A stretch of 63,524 nt of DNA, counting the filler, from Octopus bimaculoides (Eukaryota): NCBI RefSeq assembly GCF_001194135.2. It is 8 parts of 6 records of this genome, joined end to end, with 100 filler letters (N's around TTAATTAATTAA, not from the genome) between each part and the next. Parts side by side here need not be neighbours in the genome. Positions count along the whole stretch, not along the records: positions 33,597 to 43,907 come from NC_068992.1; positions 44,008 to 50,474 come from NC_068989.1; positions 50,575 to 61,117 come from NC_068986.1; 5 more parts are not named here. One strand, given 5' to 3'. Positions 38,469 to 51,911 of the stretch are shown here, piece by piece. Both the position numbers and the translations under genes were made by a program. The notes beneath the pieces are model-generated. The model worked only from the letters and a program-made list of their open reading frames with translations, was not told the DNA's origin and searched no databases. The first letter of the stretch is position 1, and each line of letters begins with the position of its first letter.

Positions 38469-39242
38469 NNNNNNNNNNNNNNNNNNNNNNNNNNNNNNNN
38501 NNNNNNNNNNNNNNNNNNNNNNNNNNNNNNNNNNNNNNNNNNNNNNNNNNNNNNNNNNNNNNNNNNNNNNNNNNNNNNNNNNNNNNNNNNNNNNNNNNNN
38601 NNNNNNNNNNNNNNNNNNNNNNNNNNNNNNNNNNNNNNNNNNNNNNNNNNNNNNNNNNNNNNNNNNNNNNNNNNNNNNNNNNNNNNNNNNNNNNNNNNNN
38701 NNNNNNNNNNNNNNNNNNNNNNNNNNNNNNNNNNNNNNNNNNNNNNNNNNNNNNNNNNNNNNNNNNNNNNNNNNNNNNNNNNNNNNNNNNNNNNNNNNNN
38801 NNNNNNNNNNNNNNNNNNNNNNNNNNNNNNNNNNNNNNNNNNNNNNNNNNNNNNNNNNNNNNNNNNNNNNNNNNNNNNNNNNNNNNNNNNNNNNNNNNNN
38901 NNNNNNNNNNNNNNNNNNNNNNNNNNNNNNNNNNNNNNNNNNNNNNNNNNNNNNNNNNNNNNNNNNNNNNNNNNNNNNNNNNNNNNNNNNNNNNNNNNNN
39001 NNNNNNNNNNNNNNNNNNNNNNNNNNNNNNNNNNNNNNNNNNNNNNNNNNNNNNNNNNNNNNNNNNNNNNNNNNNNNNNNNNNNNNNNNNNNNNNNNNNN
39101 NNNNNNNNNNNNNNNNNNNNNNNNNNNNNNNNNNNNNNNNNNNNNNNNNNNNNNNNNNNNNNNNNNNNNNNNNNNNNNNNNNNNNNNNNNNNNNNNNNNN
39201 NNNNNNNNNNNNNNNNNNNNNNNNNNNNNNNNNNNNNNNNNN

Positions 39243-39286
<44 letters not shown>

Positions 39287-41687
39287 TATATATATATATA
39301 TATATATACATATGCTTATAAATATGTGTGTACATATGGATATATATATATATATATTCACACATACATATATACACATATATACAACACACATATATAT
39401 ATATAGATATACCTATATATACACGTATATGTATATTTATTTGCTTTTTGTAACAAAAAATTTTTTTTTCTCTCTCTCTTCTCTTCTCCTCTCTTATCAA
39501 ATTCTTGATAAAAATATGTTTACAAAACAAAACTTTACTTTGCAGAGGAAGCGAAGGAGACTTCTGGAAGGTCCATTGAAGGTGAAGTATCTATTGTTAA
39601 ACTTAATCGCAGAAGTAGAGTATTGGTGTTCTGAGAGTTTTCACTTCATTCCTTCTAGAAGCTATACCACTTAACGAAAGAAGATTCTAATTGCTTTCAC
39701 TTTGTATTCTCTGCTCTTTCTCTTCTATACACCATCCTCACCAAAATGCAGATATATACACTTGACATAGATACACACACACACACACACACACACACNN
39801 NNNNNNNNNNNNNNNNNNNNNNNNNNNNNNNNNNNNNNNNNNNNNNNNNNNNNNNNNNNNNNNNNNNNNNNNNNNNNNNNNNNNNNNNNNNNNNNNNNTA
39901 TATATATATATGCACATATACATGCATACATGTATACATACATGTATAAATATATATATATGTATATATGCATGCACACATACATACATACATATGCACA
40001 AATGCATGCATACACCTCTGTACACTCACACATGCATATATATGTATGTATATTTGCATGCACACATATTCAAGCACAGAGTGATGCATATACTCACATT
40101 TCATATACACCTACCAGTTGTATCACAAAGAGTGTTCTTACACACAACAGATACTTAGTATATATACTAACATATATTTTTCATATATACACCATACATA
40201 TATATGTCATACATCATACATATGTACATTATATGTATGTGTGTATACACATCATACATACATGCATACATCACACATATATAATTATATATATCATGCA
40301 TACATAATCTGTTTGAAACATATGTAAGCATAGAGAAATATTTAAGTACGCAGCTTGAAATACACAAACATACATTCATGTATTTGTATACATCATCATA
40401 AAGCTACACATGCATACAACACACACACAGTTTTAATTTTTAAATACCCAACTAAGTAACTGTATACATACATAGATATATTAAACAAACATACAAATGT
40501 AGGCACGTGTATACACACTTTTGTATGTGCGTAAGTACACAATTTTAGCAAAACATAGCCATGTGACAAAATCCCACACACACACAGTCACACACACACA
40601 CAGTCATATACATACACTGGCATTTATACACTCATGCACACACTGAAAATTGCATTATATTCATAGGTCTGATTGCTTGTTTGTTTTTGTTGATTATTTT
40701 ATTATTTTTGCTGTTTTTTCCCCTCCCATACAATTCTAAATTAAATTCTGTGTTAAAAATATGTTTTGTCTGGTAGAAAATAGTTTCGTATTAACAAAGA
40801 AACTGTAATGTTACAGCACTAACAACTACAACAACTAAAACAATGACAAGAACAAAATAAAATGAAACCAAAATCAGAGAATGCATAAATTTAAAGAAAA
40901 TTATTAAAAAAAGAAAATTGAAAATATAATATATAAAAAGATATTGAAATAGTTTTAAAAAATTAAATGAAATGGAAGTAAAATGTTTAACATTAGAGAT
41001 AGCAGTCAGTAATTTGCTTATTGTTTTGGAGAACAATGACTCTTCATCAATAATTTCAAATAATTCTAGAAATAAGTGTCTGAAATATTCTTATAAAGAT
41101 GTTTTAATATCTTTATCCTCGTTTAATTATTCAGTTGAAAGAAAGATGGTCAGAGTAACATATGCACAAATATACACACATAGACATAAGCATGCACATA
41201 CACACACAAACAGTGACTCACTCATACTGCAGTGAGATAGCAAGCTGGTGGAGTGGATAAGGTATTGGACTAGCTGTACAAATATCGTAATTTCAAATAT
41301 GCCCAAATTTTTGGTGGGTTCCGTACTTTTTGTTTATTCCTTGTTTTATATTTTTATTTTATTTTAATTGTTATCTTTCTGGTCATTAACTTCATTTGCT
41401 TTGTGAACGTGTTTTTGTTTGTTTTTTAATGCTAGAATGGGTTGGATAGGTTTTTTATTTGAAGTAGTATTTTACAGCCAGATGCTCTTCCTGTCACTAA
41501 TTCTCACCTGTTTTTCAAGTAAGGGGATTTTTATTCTACAGGTCTTTGAAAGTTCAAAGCAACTGGACAAAATGGCAACCAGAAATGTAAACATATCACC
41601 ACTGAGCAAAGCCATGGTGTGTCAGTAAACATTTACATTTGCACACATACATATATACGTGCACATGCACACAAATATATATATATA

Positions 41688-41777
<90 letters not shown>

Positions 41778-43860
41778 AAGAGAGAAGGAAAGAGAAAGAG
41801 ATGGAGAGGGATAGATAGATAGACAGATAGATATGTGTCTACATATGTGTGTGTGTCTACCAAATTCACTCCCAAAGTGTTGGTCAGTTTTTAACTATAG
41901 AAGAAAACACTTACCCCAGCTGCTGACAAGAAAAAAGGAAAGGAGATAATAGAACAAAATAGGACAAATAAAACAGAGAGAAAAGAAAAGAAAGAAAATA
42001 TTGAGAGGAAGGGAGAGAGAGTGATAAAAATAGTGAAAGAAAGAGATCTAGTTCACATGATGACTGAAATACAGATCAGCATAAACAAATAAACAGACAA
42101 CTGTGACGATATTGGCATGTTTACACTACATATTACCACAATATTCTATGTCAACTTGTATGACAAAAATTTGGTAAGATGGCATATTGGCTCTGTCAAG
42201 AAGAGATAGTTAGTTCCTCTTATTCCATGTGGAACATTGGGTAGCAACAAAAGATCTCCATCCTCTGTAGTCTTCTGCAAAAGATTAGGCACCTTGATCC
42301 TTCAGAACTGTCCTACCAGAAAATAAGGATGTTATAAGACTATTGGTACATTTTCAATGTTCCTTTGCTATGATTCAACACCCAAACGTTTTTGGTATAG
42401 CTACACTTAATATTATTAATCAGCGTCCATGTTTCCTTTTTTCCCCCTTCTCGCTTCCAATTGAGAGAGAGCTGTGTGTATCTTTTTAATGGCATTCTAA
42501 AGACATCTCCAAGAAACTTCAGATGATGATCTTCTACTAGGATGCCAAGTGGTTTCTGCTTGGTCAGTGGAGCAAAAGAGGAGAGAGGCCTTTGAGCCAG
42601 TCTCAGAAATGGAACTCGGGTGGGCTCTACATGGTATAGTGCATGAGGCTAAATCCACAAAGAGGAGTTGATAGGAGAAGCACAGAGACCCCCCCCCCAC
42701 ACAATGTATATGATATTAAACACTATTAGCAGAAATATGAAATGAAATAAAAACAGAAACACTGACAAGATTCAAATGATTGATTCAAATTGATTGATTT
42801 ATTACAAATCAGTCACTTGTCAATAAAACAGTGGAAAGGTGAATAGATACATGGTTTGTGTTTCCTCAGAAGATCTGTTGCTCTCTTTTACTGTTTGAAA
42901 TTGGTGTTTATGATATCTGTTATCACAACACTTTCTGTCTGGAGTCAATCTCTTGATTAATATGGCTAAGTTTGATACTTATTTTGAGAATACACTGTAT
43001 AGTTATTTTAATTTATGTCTTTTCTGTAGCTATAGCAACAATTTGGACCAAAAAGTAGTTTCACATATTTTGTCATTTATTCAATAGATATAGAATTACA
43101 ATGGTGTTTCTTGCTGTGTTCAACAAAGCCCTCATCATTTTCAGAATTCTGTTTTTCTTCTGTGATGTTATTTTTAAAATATTCAGCTTTTACTATGCTA
43201 TCAATTCAAAACAAATGTTTTAATTTTGTATTTTCTTTTATGATCTAACACAGCAGAAAATCTTGATTCAAGCTAGATTATGGCATATTACAAGCAATTT
43301 AATATCACTCATTCAAACAGATATTTCAACAATGAGGATTTGTATTAAAAATAACCATACAAAATAAACAGATGAAATTGGAAACATAGAAGAAGGATAT
43401 ATAATAATAGTAAAAAAAAAAAAAAATCCCATTCTAATTATTTTGGATTAAGAAAGAAAAATAAATTGTTTACAAATATAATGGAAATAAAATGAAAAAT
43501 GATTATACTACAAACTGTGGTGAAACACAATCAATCTAAATTGTAGGAAACACTCAAACATATATATATGCATACATACATACACATATATATATAAAAC
43601 TATATATATACATGTATGCATGTATGTATATATGTGGCTGTGTATGTATGTATGTATATATGTATATATGCATGAGTGTGTATATATGTGCATGCATATG
43701 TGTCTACATAAGCATACAATGTTTACAAAAGTACTTCATAACTGTGTATATCTTTATACTCATAAACTGTCACAAGCACACATATTTAAATGTAAATGCG
43801 TATGTCTATTTGTGTGTAAGTGCATGTATGTATCTGTATGTATATATATATATATATATG

Positions 43861-43907
<47 letters not shown>

Positions 43908-44024
43908 NNNNNNNNNNNNNNNNNNNNNNNNNNNNNNNNNNNNNNNNNNNNTTAATTAATTAANNNNNNNNNNNNNNNNNNNNNNNNNNNNNNNNNNNNN
44001 NNNNNNNACACACACATATATATA

Positions 44025-44170
44025 CACCAGGCCTCCTTTATCTACTAAATCCACACAGAACGCTTTATTCGGCCTGAGGCTATAGTAGAAGACACTTACC
44101 CTAGGTGTCACCCAGTGTGCCTGAACCGAGAACCATCTGGCTGAGAAACAAGCTTCTTACCATACAGGTA
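44025..44170 (-). mobile_element. Family A SINE head
   Basis: Reverse complement of 36994-37130. Confidence 0.75.
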
Positions 44171-45052
44171 CAAACACACATAAATTTCCACACACACACG
44201 CACGAACAAACACATGCACACACATGTGTGTGTATTTGTGTGCGTAAGAGAGAATGTGTGTGTGTGTATTTGTGTGTTTGAGAGAGAAAGTGTGTGAGAA
44301 AGAGTGAGAGTGAGACGGAGAAAGAGAGAGAGAGAGTGTGAGAGACAGTGTGTTTGTTTGTGTGTATTTGTATGTTTGAGAGAGAATTTGTGTGAGAGAG
44401 AGTAAGAGAGATCGAAAGAGAGAATGAGAGAGCCAGTGAGAGAGAAAGTGTGTGTGTATGTGTGAGTGCGTGTGTATTTTCTTTGTGTCAAGACGTACAT
44501 AATTCCTTGAGCGATGCATATTACACTCAATGATTCGATTCCAAACACACTTGTGAGTACAAATATTGTCCAATAGTCCGAATAAATTATGAATCAATTA
44601 AAATCTAAACGCAATTATTTTTCGCAGAATTCACAGTTCTAAAATGCTCACTTATACGTCTTATTCAAATCTTATGCTGAATTTCTCCTCCGGATTTCCC
44701 ACTTCATGTCAACCGTCATGTGAAATAATTGGTACAATCTTATATTTTGATTAAGTACGACTACTACTTTGTTAACACTTAAACGATATTTTCAATTGAA
44801 TTCTCAATGATTATTTAGCTTCGATAAGGTAAAAGGCAGCGTACGTTTAGCATCAGGTGTTTGATTGGTCGCAAGGCATAATATAAATTGTCGATGACTT
44901 TCTATATTTTGTTAGATATAACCGATGTTTTATATTGTTATTGTTATAGGTAAAATAATCCGTGCACTGAAAAGAATATTTTCCTTAGCGTAGAACACTG
45001 ATAAGCGGATTGTGCTGTGCTGTATTAAAGGAATAGTCTATACACACAAGTA

Positions 45053-46330
45053 TATGTGACTATGTAAAATGGAAGCAACGTTTCGAAGAATGACATTCAT
45101 CACAATATATTTCAAGAATGCGGAAATTTTATTCATCAAAGTAAGTACTATTACAATCAACATATTTTTTTCAACGAGTTACAAGTTTCTCTATTTTGGT
45201 AACATAAAAGTCTGGAGTTCTGGAAATGATGAACTCCTTTAATGCACCTTCTGCATCGGTTTGAATTTTGAACCCCTTCTCTTACAGGAAACCATCAATG
45301 TGCTTGAAAGAGTGGTAGTTGGTAGAAAAAATGCCTGGAGAATAAGCTGGCTGAGGAAGAACTTCGTAGCCAAGTTCCCTCAACTTCTGGAGAGTCATTA
45401 GTGTGGTCGAGCATTGTCATGAAGAATGATTGGCCCTCTTCTGTTGACCAGTTTGGGACGGAGGGGTACCAGTTTTTCGTTGACTTTAGCAATTTCATGG
45501 CAATGTGTTTCTGCAGTAGTGTTTTTTCTAGATTTTAACATGCTATAGTGGATGAGCCTAGCAGTACACCACCAAAGAGTCACCATAACCTTCTTTCTGA
45601 AGAACTCGGGTTTAGGGAAGGTTTTTGGTGCTTCATTTTGCTCCAGTCACTGCGAAGAACGTTGTTTATTATTGTAGAGAAACCACTATTCATCGCAAGT
45701 TACAATACGGTCGAGAAATTTATCGGTCTGGTTACAGAGAAGAGGCGACGAGTAAATTTCATATTTGCGCATTTTCTCATTTTCATTCAAATCGCGTGGT
45801 ACCCATTTGTCGAGCCTTTTTGATTTTCCAATCGCATGCAAATGGATAGAGTCAGTTTTCTGGCTAACTTGTAGTTCATTCGCCAGTTCTTGAGTGGTTT
45901 TACGTGAATCTTTCTCAACGACGGTCTTTAATCGATCGTCATCGATGCCAGATGGGCGTCCACTACGTTCACAGTCTTCAAGGTTCAGGTCTCCACTGCG
46001 AAATCGTTTATACCATTTGCGAGCTGACCACTCTCTGGTCTTTTCCTCAACAAATGTTTCGTTAATATCGCGAGCAGTTTCAGCTACTTACGTCAGTCTT
46101 TGAAGCTGAATAGCAAAATTACTCGAATATCGAGCTTTGACGGTTCCATGTCAGATGATTATAACAACGGTGAAAAAAGTATTAATGTTAATTTATTGAT
46201 GCATTTGGGCAAATCTGTCTGTATTTTCAGACAATTGCAACAAAAACGTATAAAAAATTCAAAACTCTGCAAAATTCCGGTACAAATTCTTCATGGTTCA
46301 AAACGTTGCTTACATCATATTCAACCTTAT
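45053..46330 (-). mobile_element. Near full-length mariner (DD34D, cecropia/Hsmar1-like), transposase pseudogene at about 45129-46149
   Basis: ATG at 46149. Motifs RSGRPS, LDKWVPRDL, FLDRIVTCDEKW, HDNARPH, LGYEVLPQPAYSP and VDCNSTYFDE*. The third D is mutated to N and frameshifts are present. Degenerate TIRs share AAGCAACGTTT.GAA. Confidence 0.9.
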
Positions 46331-47756
46331 ATTTACGTATGCTCCCCAATATATAATACTTACATACTTATATAAATATGTATGTATCAATATATATAAG
46401 TGTACATGTGCATAGATATATACATATAATTTTATATTTAAATATCGAACCATAGGCACACCTGCACACTTATATGTCTACGCATGTTAAAAATTTACCC
46501 GACTTTTCCTTGATGTTGTTTGTTCATTTTTCTCTCTCTCTACCTCTATTTCTTTCCCTCTACGGTTCCTTTGTAGGTAGCGTTTGCAAGGTCATTCGAT
46601 CTTGTTACATGGCCATGCCACCTCCACAATTTTGTTTTTTAGCGTTGTGCGATCTTCGTGGTGGAGCCAATACGATACTACGTACTCCTCTGTTTAACAT
46701 GTTACAGTAGTGTATCATTTCCTCTTAATCTCTGCTGTGTGAGTTTATGTTGTGCATGCGCACAAGAATAGAGGCATTCCCATTACATACAGGAATTTGA
46801 TTTTGTTTTTTCATAATGGCATTCGCATCATTTCGTATTCCTTTCATTGTCGTTATTACAGTCACTGTTCTTAAACGAGATGTCCGTTAAGAGGCACTGC
46901 TGACATTCGTTATGAATTAGTTTTCTTTTTTTCAGCATTGCTATCCATGGCCTACTTAGGGGAAGTTGTTTTAAGGTCCTTGAATCATTCAATCGTTTCA
47001 TCTTCCCAGCCAGTTAGCTCATCAATGTCATGATCAGCATACCGTTGATGTGTCAATGACTCCATCTCTGCCACATGATCTTCAAAGGGTATCATTCGTG
47101 ATCGCTTTATCAAGTTCAAACTACTAGGCGAAATGAGAATACCCTGATAGATTTGTGCACTAGTATCACTACTACATTATTTCCGTTATGTTTAAAAACA
47201 TTTTCGGCTCCATAATAGATATTATTGCAATGTGAGATGGGTGTGTAGTAATGATCGCAAGCTAAATAGGAAAGTTGATATCAGATTTCCGTTACGATTC
47301 TGGCTATCTTTCTAAATTATGAGGCTTATGAGAATTCAAATTAGCGCTGCGATTGTTTAGTTCAATAGTGATATAGCCTGAACGATCGAACGTTGAAAGG
47401 CATCCATTTTAGATAGCATAAACACACATGCAGATATACACGTTTGTATACACTGACAAGTATTCATACACATAATCACACACGCAGCGTAATTTTGGCT
47501 GGAAAAGGTTAGTCGATCGATTGACTGGTCTGTATGTAAACGAGTTTGTGATTTTAAACATGGCTAAAGGATACAACCTCTGATAACCTTACGTTAAATT
47601 TTCCCTGCGGTAAGTTAAATAATTATTTATCTTCCTTAGCCTGAGCTTAATTTACTATTATAGAAAAATGATCGTCTGAACATTTATTCCAGCACCAGAG
47701 TTTCAATGGGTACTTTAAAATAGAACATAACACACACACACACACACATACACACA

Positions 47757-47797
<41 letters not shown>

Positions 47798-48281
47798 TGT
47801 ATATGTATCAATATGTGTCTGTGTGTAGATAGATGAACAGAAAAATGTACCCAGTCAGAACTCAAACATACTCGCATTCACGTATATTTTGCTAATCAGA
47901 CATGTTACTGATGTCATTTATGCAGGTACTGATCAATTTGATGGCGTCTAAATTTCTAGAACCTTTACAATTTTACTACCGAATATTTAATTTGAGTCTG
48001 ATTTTGGTACACACATGAGTTCTCTCTTTCCGAGTATTTCAAATATAAGCGATTGTTAATTGGTTCCTCTTTTCAAAGACAGAAATAAAATACCGCCCCA
48101 CCATAACTACATACTGTTAAGATATTTTACATTGCATAAACCCGCTTTTTATGTAGTTGCAGTTGGTGACAGTACCGAAAGAAGTTTCAGGAGCAACAAA
48201 AATTTGATAATGACTTCGAGTTTCGACTTGATGCCGTTCATAATACTGGAAGGTTGAAATCACTATTCCTCTCTATCCCGT

Positions 48282-48323
<42 letters not shown>

Positions 48324-48927
48324 NNNNNNNNNNNNNNNNNNNNNNNNNNNNNNNNNNNNNNNNNNNNNNNNNNNNNNNNNNNNNNNNNNNNNNNNNNNNN
48401 NNNNNNNNNNNNNNNNNNNNNNNNNNNNNNNNNNNNNNNNNNNNNNNNNNNNNNNNNNNNNNNNNNNNNNNNNNNNNNNNNNNNNNNNNNNNNNNNNNNN
48501 NNNNNNNNNNNNNNNNNNNNNNNNNNNNNNNNNNNNNNNNNNNNNNNNNNNNNNNNNNNNNNNNNNNNNNNNNNNNNNNNNNNNNNNNNNNNNNNNNNNN
48601 NNNNNNNNNNNNNNNNNNNNNNNNNNNNNNNNNNNNNNNNNNNNNNNNNNNNNNNNNNNNNNNNNNNNNNNNNNNNNNNNNNNNNNNNNNNNNNNNNNNN
48701 NNNNNNNNNNNNNNNNNNNNNNNNNNNNNNNNNNNNNNNNNNNNNNNNNNNNNNNNNNNNNNNNNNNNNNNNNNNNNNNNNNNNNNNNNNNNNNNNNNNN
48801 NNNNNNNNNNNNNNNNNNNNNNNNNNNNNNNNNNNNNNNNNNNNNNNNNNNNNNNNNNNNNNNNNNNNNNNNNNNNNNNNNNNNNNNNNNNNNNNNNNNN
48901 NNNNNNNNNNNNNNNNNNNNNNNNNNN

Positions 48928-48987
<60 letters not shown>

Positions 48988-49582
48988 TTAGGGATAAGAA
49001 TCGAAATTTACCGGGAAAAATTCAATTCAATTTATCGAAATTAGAATTAAATTAAATTTCAGAATATATAATATATAAATATATGATTTAGAGGAAGAAA
49101 AACAAACACATATAGGTCGTTTTAGTGTATTTACTAATTAAATTTTTCTATATGCGATTGTGGATTTTCATGGATGAATTCAATAAATGTTGTTTTTTGT
49201 CTCTAAATTATATATTTGTTTTACTTAGCACCCGAGTATATGCCTCTGTCACTGTGTATGTGTCACACTGTCAGTGTGTATGTCCGTATGTATAACAAAG
49301 ATTTCTTCTTCTATCTTATGCAAATAATCTCAAGTGATCTTATCGCACCAAATGACCAGCAGATTATGTAAGACTTGAATTTATAACGTCATCTTTAAAA
49401 TATCGATATCGCCCAAAGCTATTTTGAGCTTCAAGATTTCTCTTCGGTAAACAAACAGCAGCTCTATGTTTTATTTCTCTCGTTCAGTCTCATCTATCCT
49501 TCAAAAGGAATACTTACGCATATATATATACGCGCGCACACACACATACACACATGCGTATATTCCCACAACATATATACTT

Positions 49583-49615
<33 letters not shown>

Positions 49616-49625
49616 TATATGTATG

Positions 49626-49711
<86 letters not shown>

Positions 49712-50864
49712 AAAAGAACATTTGAAAGAGGTGGTGAACTGAAAAAATATAATATACTGAAATCAAATGTAGTAGAATATATGGGAGTATGTATTTGGGT
49801 AATTGTTATAATGAAGCATAATATGTTTTAATCAGTTATTATTAACTAAATAAACAAGGAAAATGGACATTATTTCATTCTAAGCAGGAATAGCGTATTA
49901 CATGATATGACGAAAAGTAGAGTTTTTTTTTTTTTTTGCTCAGGTTGATTAGAACTATTTCGTTGTTAAAGCGAGTATTGATATTTAAAGATAACTAAAC
50001 AGATATGAATTATATTATAATCTAATTTACTCTGGAAGTTAAGAAAGAAATAACGGATATGCAAGAAATTGATAGGTTGGGAAATATTATTTACATATAT
50101 TAGGAAAGAAAAAAGATAGAATGATTCTTGGAATATAACCATTTATATAAATATATATATCATGCATATGTTAGAAATAAGCATACTTCGGCAAGGTATT
50201 ATATATTTTATATTGTAGAAAGTTATAGATAAAAAGACGGGTTTTAATAAGGATCTAATTAATTCAGTTTTAAATCTAGTAAAAATGTTAATGGTTAATA
50301 AGGAACCTAGCAATTAGTGCTATCAATAATTAAAGAATAATTAATGATATTTATAAAATAGATATTTAGGAGTGTGTAGGCAAAGCAAGAATCATCAATA
50401 TATATATATATATATATATATATATGGGAGAATATACAAAAAATAACAACAGACGAGGACAGGTGGTGTAAATANNNNNNNNNNNNNNNNNNNNNNNNNN
50501 NNNNNNNNNNNNNNNNNNTTAATTAATTAANNNNNNNNNNNNNNNNNNNNNNNNNNNNNNNNNNNNNNNNNNNNTAATAGTTTAGTAGAAAGTGGGTTAT
50601 ACATCTTTAGATTGTATACCTGACTTTCTACTATAAAATTGAAGAAATTGACGGAACGCTGAACTCCAGACTAAACAACTTAAACAACATTTATTTACTT
50701 GGTAAAGCATACATATCTTTAGTTATACATCTTTAGAGGTGAGAATAACTAGCTGTCGAGTATAAGACCGAAAGATGTAGAGACAGCTTTTAAACATACG
50801 TCCATGCTCAATCGCTGGCCAGCGTGAAAGAGAATGAATTGAGCAGGAAACGCTTGCTTTATTA

Positions 50865-50895
50865 ATTCTACGCATGCGCAGGCGTTACTACAATA
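50865..50895. promoter_or_regulatory. Possible promoter motifs: NRF1-like ACGCATGCGCA and an ACTACA element in a locally CpG-rich patch
   Basis: Motifs read directly at 50870-50880 and 50887-50892. Function is inferred only. Confidence 0.25.
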
Positions 50896-51911
50896 GTTTT
50901 CATGATGTCTGCAGACTGTGCTATTGAGAAGGAAGTAGTTACAATATGGATACATCATTGTACAACATTGAGGACAGAGTATAAACCGTCATCCTTAGAT
51001 GTAATTGAACTAGATTAAATTTTTCAATTTACCATAATTAACTGCCTCAGTTATTTTTCAAATTTGATTTGATTTATTTATTTCACATTTTCAGTAAAAG
51101 TGATTTATATCAAGTTGTACCCTGGCAGAGAACTGAGATAATTATGCACAGTCTATATTACAGTAGTTATCATTTGTACGGTATGTTTAGTATGTTTTCA
51201 TTCAATATCATGCTGACCTAGTAGATTTAAAGTCATCAGTTGCAGCTTGAAATTGTTCTGTACTCAAATTATCAAATAATTACCATGTTTATGCATATAT
51301 TTAGGTAATACGTTAACAGCTACTGTTGTTAATGCCTTATAAAATAATACAAGACATGTCCTGGATTACTTAAATTGACTATACCACACCACACAATTTT
51401 GTAATCAAAAGTGTTTCAGCCGTGAACATCGCGCAACTTAACCCCTGCATTGCCTCATTATAATATAACAAGTGGGATCCATGGAAATTCCACAGAATGA
51501 AAACAATTTAAGAGAAACTGTTTAAGAAAGAAAGCATGATTTACATTTTTATAGTATTCTTAGTTAGCTTTCTTTAAATATATTTCGTCAATATTCATTT
51601 CCTCACATCTTTGCTGGTGTTGTCTTCTTTCTCTTTTTATTATATTTTCTCACTGTTCCTCTCTGATCCTTTCTCGAGCAGCCTACAACCGTCTTTCTTG
51701 TGGATCCATAGTTTAGGCTATATTAACCTTTATAAGCCAATATCAATTTTCAAGCAAGCAGACAATAAATAATTGCACTAGTGTATAGGCTATAAAAAAA
51801 TTTAGTTCAATAAAAAAAGATTTTCACTTTCAACACATCAACACCAACACCACTACCATCATCACCATCATCACCACTGTAGTTTTCAGTAACAAAGCTT
51901 ATTTCATTATA

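Noticed and set aside
40990-41079. Minus-strand HLFLELFEIIDEESLFSKTISKLLTAISN after ATTTCAG
   Set aside because: It looks protein-like but has no credible donor and no recognised family.
42500-42670. DLLLG...EQKRR...EP...LGWALHG, resembling a BEL/Pao pol segment
   Set aside because: The similarity is too short and weak to assign without a profile search.
48173-48252. + frame YRKKFQEQQKFDNDFEFRLDAVHNTG
   Set aside because: Weak splice sites on both sides and no recognisable homology.
51095-51180. KSDLYQVV as the missing third MIA-domain exon (compare KDLIQVV)
   Set aside because: It lacks the G-x-x-G-Y-F-P segment and starts in the wrong phase to join the SH3 exon.
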